DNA of 56,156 nucleotides, filler included, from Circinaria calcarea (lineage: Eukaryota): the NCBI GenBank assembly GCA_051942165.1. It is 3 parts of 3 records of this genome, joined end to end, with 100 filler letters (N's around TTAATTAATTAA, not from the genome) between each part and the next. Parts side by side here need not be neighbours in the genome. Positions count along the whole stretch, not along the records: positions 1 to 18,743 come from JAVECS010000230.1; 2 more parts are not named here. One strand, given 5' to 3'. Made by a program: the position numbers and the translations under genes. Below, in pieces: positions 1-10,127 of this stretch. Within the stretch, counting starts at the first letter, position 1. Each line of letters begins with the position of its first letter. A model generated the notes under the pieces. The model ran no database searches. It was not told the origin of the DNA and was given only the letters and a program-made list of their open reading frames with translations.

Positions 1-25
1 GGCCGGCCATCAATATCTCCTTTCA

Positions 26-1038
26 TCAAAATGCCATCACCTTCTTGATTTCTGCAATCGCCTTCCCGGGGTTCAACCCCTTCGGGCACGTCCTCGAACA
101 GTTCAAAATTGTGTGGCACCGATACAAACTCATCGAGTTATCCAGCGCCGCCTTCCTCTCCTCCTTGTGCTGGTCTCGCGAATCCGCCAGCCATCGGTAT
201 GACTGCAGGAGCACGGCCGGGCCCAAGTATTCTTCCTGGTTCCACCAGTACGACGGACACGACGTCGAGCAGCAGGCGCAGAGAATACATTCGTAAAGGC
301 CATCAAGCTTCTTTCGTTCCTCGGGTGTTTGGCGGTTTTCCCGACCCTGTTGTGAAAGTCAGTTTACAGCCTTCGAGGATGATAGGAGTGGAAGGTGTGT
401 CGTACATCTTCGGTCTTGCTCTCATGTTGGAGATATGGTTTGATAGATTTGTATTGCTTGTAGAATTGCGTCAGGTCCGGTACCAAGTCCTTGACTACGT
501 AGGTGTGAGGAAGTGGATAGATCCGGGCTTCGTGGCTGGTGTTGGTTGGGATGCGACCTGAATAGAATCAGTCAAGGGTGACCATCCTTCCGAGGAAATA
601 GCGAAACCTACATAAGCAGGCGAGTGTGTTGATTCCATCGATGTTCATCGCGCAGCTTCCGCAGATACCTTCTCGACAACTCCTCCGGAAGGTGAGCGTG
701 GGGTCTACCTCGTTCTTGATTCGAATCAAAGCATCCAGCACCATTGGCCCTGTCTTGTTGAGGTCCAAGGTATATGATTGCATCTTAGGCTTCTTCGTTG
801 GCTCGTCGGGATTCCACCGGTAGATGTGGAAGGTCTTGGTTCTTGCCTCCGGAGTCTGGGAGTCTGCCTTGATTGTGCCCGTCTTTTTTTCGGAGACTGG
901 TATTTGCGTGTCTGACATGGCTTCCCCGATTTTGGAGATTGGATCAACAGTGGCATAGGAGCGTTTGGCGATTGAAGATTGGAAGAGGGGTCGACTGGAG
1001 GCCAGGAGGCGGGATGTGGAGGATCTGAGGGCGGCCAT
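26..1038 (-). CDS. SDH2: Succinate dehydrogenase iron-sulfur subunit, 3 exons (1038-612, 557-406, 346-26)
   Basis: Motifs [33 protein letters not shown] and [20 protein letters not shown]-terminal mitochondrial-type presequence; GT-AG introns 611-558 and 405-347 join the frames. Confidence 0.97.
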
Positions 1039-1218
1039 GGCTGGGGTACTAACGATACAAATGGCAGTACGCAGTATTATCGAGTATCAACTGAGACTCG
1101 TCCTGAACGCTTAGTATCTAAATGGTACGCTGAAGGGTTTGGTCAAACAAAGAGAGGAGATTGAGATTGGAAAGTCGATGACGGGATGGCAAAGTCGGTG
1201 ATGGAGTTGCCGAGGTGC

Positions 1219-1265
1219 TCACGTGACAGCCGAGGATAATCGGAATGATTGTGATTGTGATTGGC
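1219..1265. promoter_or_regulatory. Candidate E-box (TCACGTGAC) and CCAAT box upstream of SDH2
   Basis: TCACGTGAC starts at 1219 and ATTGG (CCAAT on the minus strand) lies at 1260-1264, about 180-230 bp upstream of the ATG. These are short motifs and their function is unproven. Confidence 0.3.
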
Positions 1266-1406
1266 CGCATCCTCTACATTATTGGGCCGATGCTTCATTA
1301 TGCTTTGCCCACACTCAAAATCGCAATGGGTATCCTAAGCCTACCGATGTCCAAGTCAACACACGCAAGCCACAGGAAACAGAAGCAGATTTAGAATATC
1401 ATGCAA

Positions 1407-3848
1407 TCATGGCGTAGAATCCATTCGATCCCCATTATCATCTTCATCGCCCTCGTCCTCGCCCATGCTTAACCTAAGCCGCCTTTGTACGTTCCCAATC
1501 CAAGAGTCAAGACTGTCTCCTTCTTCGACTATTGGTCCTATTGGCACTCCCGCTGGTTCTTCATTCGCTCGTAGAATATAATCTCCAGCCTTGATGCAGG
1601 GTAGCCTCTCCCCTTCCATACGCCCCATGTCCACATCCTTATCCGAGTTGCAATCCCCGCCAGCATTCTGACGAGGGACTGGCAAGCACTTCACAGTCCC
1701 CTCGTTTTTGGTAGCAACATTAGCGGTCTCCCCTTTCGTCTCGTCAGCAACTCCAACCATCGCGAATACCGTATGTAGGGTTCCAACCCAAACGTCCTGG
1801 TCCGATTTCTTTACAGGTCGTGGAGGCTTGCCAGGTAGCGGACTAGTAGGAATACTCCCAGCCCGAATACTTTGATCTATTTTCTCCTCATCGACTGGGA
1901 ATTGTTCACTGACCAGTTTTCCCACGTGATCGTAGACCTTGGCATGGCGTGGTGTGCTTATGCGGGTTGAATGCATAATCTTCGCGTAAAGTGTATTCAT
2001 AATCCAACCATCGCATCTATCGAGGGTTGTCATGGAATCAAGACCGATCTCGCGAAGATACTGGATTGGGCGAATGACGTTGTTGGTAAATGTCCAGGGC
2101 AGATGTTTGGTGTTTCGGACGGGAGACGAGAGGGGCAAGGAGGAGGATGAATACATGTCAATGGTCGCTTTCTCCTCTTCGTGCGGAGTTGGGCGAGGTA
2201 ACAGATCCCCATTGAGCCAGCGAATCTCACTCAGCTCAAGGGGATTAACATCTTTGTCTGCTGCAAGCGCGATGATGCGGACCAGGAGAAGATCGTAAAG
2301 GCAGCGCGCTTTCGGGTGAACGAACAGGGTGTGGGAAGCCTCATCGTCCACGCTCTTCTTGAGACGCTCAAAAGAATGGAGGTATGTTGATCGTATTCCA
2401 TCCTCTACGCCAGATGTGCATAGAATCGTATGGAAGTCACCCCCACGGCGGAAGCAGTCGGACGAACAACAAGGGGCCTCGCAACATTGGCTGCAGATCT
2501 GGAAATCCGGAGTTAATTCCAGGTCTGATGATGTTAAGCCGGAAGACAACTCTCGTGGGATCTCCGCAGAGGCCTCTTTCGCATCTGGATACAAAGTAAA
2601 ATCTAGCGGTGCGAGGGACTCCACTTCGACAATTTGGTTGGCCGTGACAGGAGCAGATGATGTCTGCGATGCGCAATCGGCACTTGGGGCAAAATTCGGT
2701 CCCTTTGGCGGTGAATGTCCTGTGGGAAGGTCTCCAGTCCAGTGATCCGGACTAAAGCCGACTGTGTCAGGGGAAAGCAGTCTGGATCCTGAACCGACCG
2801 AAGCAGCTGATTCCCAGCTCCTTGGCTGGGGAGCGAGCGTCTTCCTCCTCAACTCCTCCGAAGTGACCATTGCTGCCGCGCAGACATCACAGAAGAAACC
2901 TGTTATGTCTCCGGGAGCGGCTGTTGTGACTTGAAGGACACTTGTTTCCGATAGCACTGTTTCATTGGGGTATATGTCTCTTGCAGCGATGAGCCTTAAA
3001 GCCACAGCTTCAGTAGCTGAAGATCCCACCAGTTTGACTGTGCACGGCTTTGCAGAATCATCCGCATATTTCTCAAGGCTTTCCACCTCTGCGAAGGTGC
3101 CTAGATCCGGTTCGTGGTGGTTCCATGGATAAATGACCTTGTTCACGAGGGTAACTTTTAACTTCATCAAGGCCTTGAGCATGGTTGGATCGTCTGAGTG
3201 CAGATGACATATATCTTTTATGATGAGGTCTCCCAGTTCCCGAAAACATCTCAGCTCTTCGGTATACCCGTTATATTGTCTCAGAGCTGATCCCTGCGCC
3301 AGGACATCATCTATCATGCCCAACGCGTCAGATAATGCCCCTCCACCACACTGCCAGAGCGCACCGCATATTCGAAACAGAGCTCGTAGTTCATATCCCA
3401 CCCACGGTATTTCCAGTCGTCCATAGACGTCTTTATCATTGAGGAGAATACTCGCCAAAGGCATACTGAGCCATCCTAAACCTGCATAGCAGTCCGGGGC
3501 TGATGTCCAAGGGTCTCCGGTTTTAAGATGCAGCCATTCTGCGCGAACATACCTTTGGATGTCTGCGATATTTACTCCTCGGACCCTCCTACGGTTTTGT
3601 AGATCTCCCAAAAGAACGAGGGCGCGGTAGGCGTCAACAACCGCTAGCTCTGGATAACCGAGTAGACTGTAGGCCAAGGCGCGGTTCAGAAATGCGCAAA
3701 TATGACCGGGGGATTTCTGGTATAGAATTTTCGTATAAAGATTGAGAGCCTCCCGCGGTCGACGCGCTGCAAGGAGGGCATTGGCTTTGAACATGAGATC
3801 GTCTGCGCTATCATGACTATGTATGAGTCGAAGAGTAGGTCGTGCCAT
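1407..3848 (-). CDS. TPR + SET/MYND-like protein (SMYD-like architecture, degenerate SET motif)
   Basis: Intronless ORF of about 813 aa from ATG 3848. TPR-like N-terminus (KANALL...ALNLYT...FLNRALAY..LGYPELAV.DAYRAL), SET-N motif LIAARDIYPNETVLSE, and MYND-like Cys pattern CDVC...CSQC..CCS.DC..H..C. Confidence 0.75.
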   Translation of the reverse strand: MARPTLRLIHSHDSADDLMFKANALLAARRPREALNLYTKILYQKSPGHICAFLNRALAYSLLGYPELAVVDAYRALVLLGDLQNRRRVRGVNIADIQRYVRAEWLHLKTGDPWTSAPDCYAGLGWLSMPLASILLNDKDVYGRLEIPWVGYELRALFRICGALWQCGGGALSDALGMIDDVLAQGSALRQYNGYTEELRCFRELGDLIIKDICHLHSDDPTMLKALMKLKVTLVNKVIYPWNHHEPDLGTFAEVESLEKYADDSAKPCTVKLVGSSATEAVALRLIAARDIYPNETVLSETSVLQVTTAAPGDITGFFCDVCAAAMVTSEELRRKTLAPQPRSWESAASVGSGSRLLSPDTVGFSPDHWTGDLPTGHSPPKGPNFAPSADCASQTSSAPVTANQIVEVESLAPLDFTLYPDAKEASAEIPRELSSGLTSSDLELTPDFQICSQCCEAPCCSSDCFRRGGDFHTILCTSGVEDGIRSTYLHSFERLKKSVDDEASHTLFVHPKARCLYDLLLVRIIALAADKDVNPLELSEIRWLNGDLLPRPTPHEEEKATIDMYSSSSLPLSSPVRNTKHLPWTFTNNVIRPIQYLREIGLDSMTTLDRCDGWIMNTLYAKIMHSTRISTPRHAKVYDHVGKLVSEQFPVDEEKIDQSIRAGSIPTSPLPGKPPRPVKKSDQDVWVGTLHTVFAMVGVADETKGETANVATKNEGTVKCLPVPRQNAGGDCNSDKDVDMGRMEGERLPCIKAGDYILRANEEPAGVPIGPIVEEGDSLDSWIGNVQRRLRLSMGEDEGDEDDNGDRMDSTP

Positions 3849-6368
3849 GACTGGGATCGAAGAAGGCAACAAGGACCAAAGGATGGAACGGATGGAGCTA
3901 TGATTCTAGCATGTACGGTGTTGCTTTCTGACTTCGAGATTGTGCTAGATGGACGCCGAAGGTATTGGAAATAGCTTTGCATGTTGTGAGAAACAGCCGT
4001 GAGGCAGATTTGAGGTGAGGGCTCGCTAACGAACCTTAGTGTGTTGATACCGGGTGGGTGTGGTAAAAAAAAAAGGGGGAGCATGTGTATATCAGCGAGA
4101 TCCCTACCAATATATCTGCAGAGCATTTCCATCCTCGAAACGGCACATTCGGCAGTCATATAGCATGGCAGGAACAGCAACATCACTATCGATGTTGTGA
4201 TTCCTTCCAACGGGGATGCTTTCTGGTCATCTACGCATCTCTATCTACCTCGGGAGAGGTAGAGGAAATTGCTGACCTCGCAAGAGATTGCATCATAGCT
4301 GCTATCTCACTCGTGTACTTCCACCAATTGGCCCGGTAGTATGCCAACCTCCTCCAGAGAGGTCGGCCTCATGGCACAACATGACTAAAGACGCCAGCCA
4401 GAAGCATAAGTGACCGACTTTGGGCAAGGGATTTGCAATTGGGCCCCATGGTTTTTGGTAAGGATGGCAGTAATCTTCCAATGTGTGCTGTCATAAGAGA
4501 CTCATCTGAGAGAATGCGTTGCGCCTACAAAGAGGATCAAATGGATATACAGTGCATGTATAAGAATGGATAGGAATCAACCTACGCAGTAAGGATCTCA
4601 GTGCTGTAAATGAGGGAGGCATCGGAAAGGTTATAGAATAGAGAATCCCTGCCAAGAGTCCTGTATAGACCAAGGGAATCGGAAGGAACACCGTAACAGC
4701 ACGGCGGTATTGCGCAATTTCTCCAAGCAAAGAAGGGAGACCTTGAAACAATGAGCTGACACTCATCACGGCTCAAGGAGTCCCCTATTTCCGGTCAATT
4801 CTCACAGGGATCGGAGAATCCTAGTTTTATCTGTCGTCGCGGTGGGGTCATATTCCAGGGCAGTAGAATCTTGCGGGAGACTGTGGGAGACTGTGATGGT
4901 ATCTATTTTCACGCCATCCATGAAAAGACAAAGATGATCCAAGTAAACTTCACTCATAGCAAGATGAAACATTGACCGAACGCTTGGTCTCTGTTCGGGA
5001 GTATCGAAACCTCAAGCACTCGATATCGGAGAATGTTCTCCGAGCACTGGGTGACTATTCTTTGCGTGAGGGAGAGGCACTCTCCGGATCACTGCCTCGG
5101 CTTCATGATGTACCTCTCTGCGCTTGACAAACACGATGCCCTCGAATAGCAATGAGACTTCAAGGCAAAACTAGGCGGACCACGTTGTGCATAGATATCA
5201 AGACTGTCGATAGACTGAGCGGCTCTGCCCCTTCTGGCTTAACCGCACAGTCAGCATTGGCAAGGCTACGGAATCAGCAAAATAGTTTATCCGGACGACA
5301 AGACGGATCAGTTCCGTTCGATCGGATATCTCCATGTTTGCTATTGAGGACCAGAAGTGATCACCATCTTAGAGACCTGATGAAGCATAGCCTCCACCAG
5401 TCGAGCAGCTGCTCCTGCCCGACGTAAATGGCTTACGGAGTAGAGTCTGCTTGTCTCGAAGCTAGAAGCCCTGGGGAATTTGGAAATGCGCGCATTTGGG
5501 GGGGGAAGCCGAAATACTACCATGCGGGCGAGAGATTATTCCCATTGCAACGCCAGAGATGAACCTTCCGTTTCCACTCGGCAGGTGCGAGAAATCCCTC
5601 AGATTGTTGTGATTTTTTGAGTAGATAAACTGGTATTGCGGCCAATTTCCTACTCACATTGTCACTCCCTCAACGACAAAGTAGCAGTTTCCGTCCAGAG
5701 AATCCTTTACTCCGTACCAGCGTTGATGAGACGGAGAGGGAACCGAATCTCCAATCCACGAGATCCCTTAGCGCGGCGAAAATCCCTCTTGGCGCCCTTC
5801 CTCCTCTTCTCTACTTGAACCTTCCAACCTCGCCCAACCTTTTGCTATCCTCCCTCGACTTCGCCCTCCCACGAGCCATTGACTGCCGACAACCTTTGCA
5901 ATCGTTTCTCAGAATTACAGCCGGTAAGTCTGCCTTCGGTGTTACTCGTCCGGTGCTCAATTATCATGGTTGTTGGTCCGTCGCATGGCTCTGCTGCTGC
6001 AAAAATGGTCCCCCGCATTGCTACAATGAAGCTTCATTGCGACAGACAACAGCACGCATCGCGGAGCTGTCTTGACGTCGATGCATTTCCGCTGGATGAT
6101 GCAGACTCTGGGCCCAGAAGATTGCGTTGTACTCGTTGAGATTGAAGTCCGGAGAGGCGGATGTAACCTCGACTGACTGATATTGCGATAGCCTCCTCCG
6201 GCACCTTTAGCTCCCTCACCCCCTTCGAGCTCACTCTATCAATAGCCTTTAGGCTTTGAAACGTAAGTATCCTTCTTTCCTTGATACAAAAGACGCCGGA
6301 TTCCGAAAGGAAAACCTCATCACCCGCCTGGCTAACCTATCAACTCGACAGCTCCGTCCTCGATCGCA

Positions 6369-6581
6369 ATGCCTGCCATCGACTATTCGCTCATCGTTCG
6401 CGATGTCAACAATATACTCGCCAGACAAGAGACAGCCCCTGCCCCACCAAGACGTAACTGGGCCTACCGAAATCCTGGAATCGTCCTCGTCTTCTGCATC
6501 GTCTTCATTGTCGGCGTCGGCCTTGTCGGCCTGTTCATTTACCGCAAGGTTCTCGCGCGCAAGGCACGAAGAGGAACCTAG
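6369..6581 (+). CDS. 70-aa single-pass membrane microprotein
   Basis: ATG in good context (GCAATG), C-ending codon bias, one hydrophobic helix (PGIVLVFCIVFIVGVGLVGLFIY) followed by a basic tail RKVLARKARR. Confidence 0.7.
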   Translation: MPAIDYSLIVRDVNNILARQETAPAPPRRNWAYRNPGIVLVFCIVFIVGVGLVGLFIYRKVLARKARRGT

Positions 6582-7393
6582 ATCGAAAACATGACGGCAA
6601 GAGCATAGATTGGAGGGTAAAGGTTTCCTTTAGTATAGATGGTTGGTTAGGAGTGGGGTAATACCAGTGGAGGAGAGTGTAAAAACCGAGAGTGGCTTGC
6701 ACTGCCGTTGGGGGGGGTGTTAGAGTCTATGCGGTTGTGTCTGCCCTATCAAGACACCTTTGGTACTTTGAAGATCCCTTCTAGTGCTCATAGCCACCTG
6801 CATAAAATTCCAGTTTTATCCGACGCTGCTAGCTGAAATCTGTGACCTCCCCTTTGTTCTGACCCTTGAGCTACAACGAGATCCTTTAGGGTTTGACTAC
6901 AGCAGCTCCTAAACCTTCTGCTGCCGGGACTATATTGATTTTTGCGAAACGGCAATATCATCCGACTGCCATATCGGGTATGCTAACACATAACTTGTAA
7001 CCCAGGGTTACTAAGATGAGTACCGATAACGTCGTTTGTTTTTGGTTCATGTAAACACGAACGATTCCTCCGGCAAGGGGCCTCGACCGTGAGGCTCTTG
7101 CTTCGGTGGGGGAAGTTTTATCAATCCGACTCGAAATACACGATTGGTTTAAAGGGTGCAGAGGTAATTGGTAATGGATCGTACATCGGCAGGCGGACTC
7201 TTCCTCTCTGCAACAAGGGGAGGGTTGGAAAAATCGGGCGACATAGGGATGACATTTACAATTTTTTTACATATCAGTTGATTTATTCATAGAACTCGAG
7301 CCGTTTTGTATGGGGCACGTGGCTCGCAAGCTGAAGTTGTGTTGTTTTTCCTACTATAATACAACCATGGGCGATAGCTGCAGGAGTATGCCA

Positions 7394-8344
7394 TCATTGG
7401 TCAACCCCGGTGAGAGATTTTACCAATCTGTCCAACACCTCATTGCGTCGACGTTCCAGCGTGAGTTGTGCCCGAAGGCTTTTGATCTCGTTTTGGAGGG
7501 CGCCGACATCCTGGCTCTCTTCCTTCACCCCCGTCCACTTGAATGAGTTCTCCGTGTTTGCATCTTCGCTATCCGAGGTTGTTTCCCCACCCCTTTCGGA
7601 TTCATCGAAATAAGAGAACAGGGTGTCCTCCTGTTTCATTTCAGTTAGCTCCGCGTTCATCCTGTTTCTCGCGACGTCTCGCGCTGGTAGTCGAACCGTC
7701 TCCCCAGCCTTGATCGAGGGTGAAGCTCCGAATGAGGTCCCTAAGACTTCTTTAAATCTGATATGACCTGTGGCTGTGTTGGAGCTTGCCCGACGCTTTC
7801 GAGCACCACCACAGTGATTTCTCTTTTTGGTAATCCTACCGCTAGTGTCTGGGGCGCGGGAAAAAGGGTTTGCTGACTTAGGTGGTGTGTCCGAGTCGCG
7901 GGCAAAGGGATTCGACGTCTTCTCTTGCTTGATTGTCGTGTGGTTCTTTACTGCTGCAGCTGCAAATCCTTCATTTGAGACCAATGCACCTGTTACCGGT
8001 TGAATTACTGGTTCGTACCGCGCAAAGGGTTCTCGGAAAGGTAGTGATACGATCCGATGTTGCTGTTGCCGAGATGGGAGTAAACCGTCACATGGTTCAA
8101 GCTTTATCGAAGAATACGGGGACGCTCTAAATGGTAATAAGATGCTTGAGGTACTGCTCGCTGTGAAAGTTTCAGTATGTTGCTGCTGAGGCTGCTGAAT
8201 TTCCTTACAAGTTTGACCCAATGCTTTTGGTATATCCTGATGTCCATCTTTGCAAGCAGGCAGGCGAGCAGCATTTGCCGTCTCTCTCTCCTCTTTCCGC
8301 TCTTGCCTCTCTTGCCGGATCTTCTCACCCATTGCTTGATTCAC
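7394..8344 (-). CDS. Hypothetical low-complexity protein with C-terminal coiled coil
   Basis: 316-aa ORF with NPF motifs, a basic cluster and heptad-like LQNEIKSLRAQLTLERRRNEVL. The track start is a GTG, so the true start is uncertain. Confidence 0.5.
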   Translation of the reverse strand: MNQAMGEKIRQERQERKEERETANAARLPACKDGHQDIPKALGQTCKEIQQPQQQHTETFTASSTSSILLPFRASPYSSIKLEPCDGLLPSRQQQHRIVSLPFREPFARYEPVIQPVTGALVSNEGFAAAAVKNHTTIKQEKTSNPFARDSDTPPKSANPFSRAPDTSGRITKKRNHCGGARKRRASSNTATGHIRFKEVLGTSFGASPSIKAGETVRLPARDVARNRMNAELTEMKQEDTLFSYFDESERGGETTSDSEDANTENSFKWTGVKEESQDVGALQNEIKSLRAQLTLERRRNEVLDRLVKSLTGVDQ

Positions 8345-10127
8345 CAGCCAGCAAGACTCGCGTCTTTGATCTCAATCAATTGCCAGTAGCAATGTCTAGG
8401 ATGAATTGTGGATCCTAAAAGTAATGTTTGTTTCCAGCAGTGATATAAAAAAGCGAGGAGGGTGACGGCAAGGAAGCAAGGTGCGATTGAAGTTAGGGTA
8501 AACATGAAATCTAGAAGGCCTTAGACCCAATCGATGCCAGCCATAAACATGCTAAGCGAGTAATGGCGTTTCTAATCACCCAACTGGGTGATCATCTCCG
8601 CTTTACTACTTTAACAGCAACTCTCCAAGAAGAAATTCCCTTCGTCATTGAATCTACTGGCAGAACGCTGCGCAGCGGAAGGTGATTCTGATGTAGACAA
8701 TACCGCATTCAGGAGATCCTTTTCTCCTGAAAGAATATATTTCCAAAGCCTAATGCATATACATACAGCATTTCTTAGATGCCGTTGAGTTGTGAAAGAC
8801 CTAGTGAGGAGCAGCTGAAATTTGGGAAGATATCCACACACTTATCCTTTAGAAAAGCTTCTCCGAAGCCCTTGTCATATCTTCATGGTTTAAACAGCCA
8901 AATTATTGGGATGCCACGTTCGTTCTCTAGCCTAATGCTGTACTCTCACACTTTTCTCTCAGCATACTACCTCCAGTAACCCCTTGCTAGGGCTCTCTCT
9001 AACCCGCTCCTGCCAGTATAAGTTTTGTTGTCCTACATGGACGGTGTTTCTTCTCTAGGGTCTTGGATGTCGAACACACCCGAAAGGCGACATGAATGAC
9101 CCAGGGCCACGGTAGACCGCCACTAGCTTTTTATCTAACTATCGTTCGAGAACCACGTTATTGTCGGAATAGGACTTTTGGGACTTTGGAAAGAGATTGG
9201 ACACTTGATGGTGATCTGATTTGTTCGAAATTACCCGGGAGTCCGTTTCTTTTAACTCCTGTCCCATAATAATAGATAGAGCTCCTCAAATCCATTGGAT
9301 CTTAGCACTCGATTCTCTCTGTCTAGCTTTGCTCACGGTTGTCAGTAGAATGATCTCTGACTGGCCTCAATTGTCGCTGATCGCCACCATCTTCGCCACA
9401 TTCATATCTCGTATATGCACAATTTCCCATGGAGAATAATACTTGAAAATTGAATTGAGGAGGGTGCAAATGATCGGTCACAGCCTCACTATTTCCCTAT
9501 AGGACTATCCACAACAACTGTAGAACTGTGAAGATGGAGTAGGAGAACACAGAGGTCAATTCAAAAGTTCAAATCGCTTGGCGGCCAGCGAAAACATCCT
9601 TCGCCTTGAATACCAGGTACTAGCGGGCAGAAGTGGGGAGATAGCCAACAACAGAATATGTTCAGACTCTCACCCAACCCCTTGTAGTAGAGCCCAACTT
9701 GTATAGGCTATTGGTGCATAGGGAGTTCCGGGCGGGGGCTGTGATCTGACTACAGTGGGCGACAATAGCCGAGTTCGATAGGTGGGACGGGGCCTGGCGG
9801 CGCTTGCGACAACGCATCCTACATGCCTCACTGCCCAAACCACGCTCACCACGGTGCAAGGAGACAGTTGACTGGCTGCTAGTAATCCAGGCCCCGACGA
9901 ACATGCTCTAGACCTCCAGTGTGGGAGCACTCTCCACCGCCGACATATCTCTGCAGTGTTCCTCACCATCTCAGGAGAGCAGCCAAGCTCCTGATACATC
10001 AAACCTCAGCGAAACAGTCTTTACACCCCTCGTTCCAAGCAGATATCTGGACCACAACAGTCTCGATAGGCTGTTTCTGCCTATCGTAGGAAACCTTTTG
10101 ACCTCCTGATAATTAGCTTCGACCATT

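Noticed and set aside
109..561. 150-aa plus-strand ORF and similar antisense ORFs (e.g. 2329-2745, 10499-11047, 16370-16948, 19275-19685, 52160-52558)
   Set aside because: Shadow frames opposite well-supported genes, with no recognisable motifs.
8450..9950. Short ORFs that might form a gene or pseudogene
   Set aside because: I could not assemble a coherent spliced product or recognise any motif.
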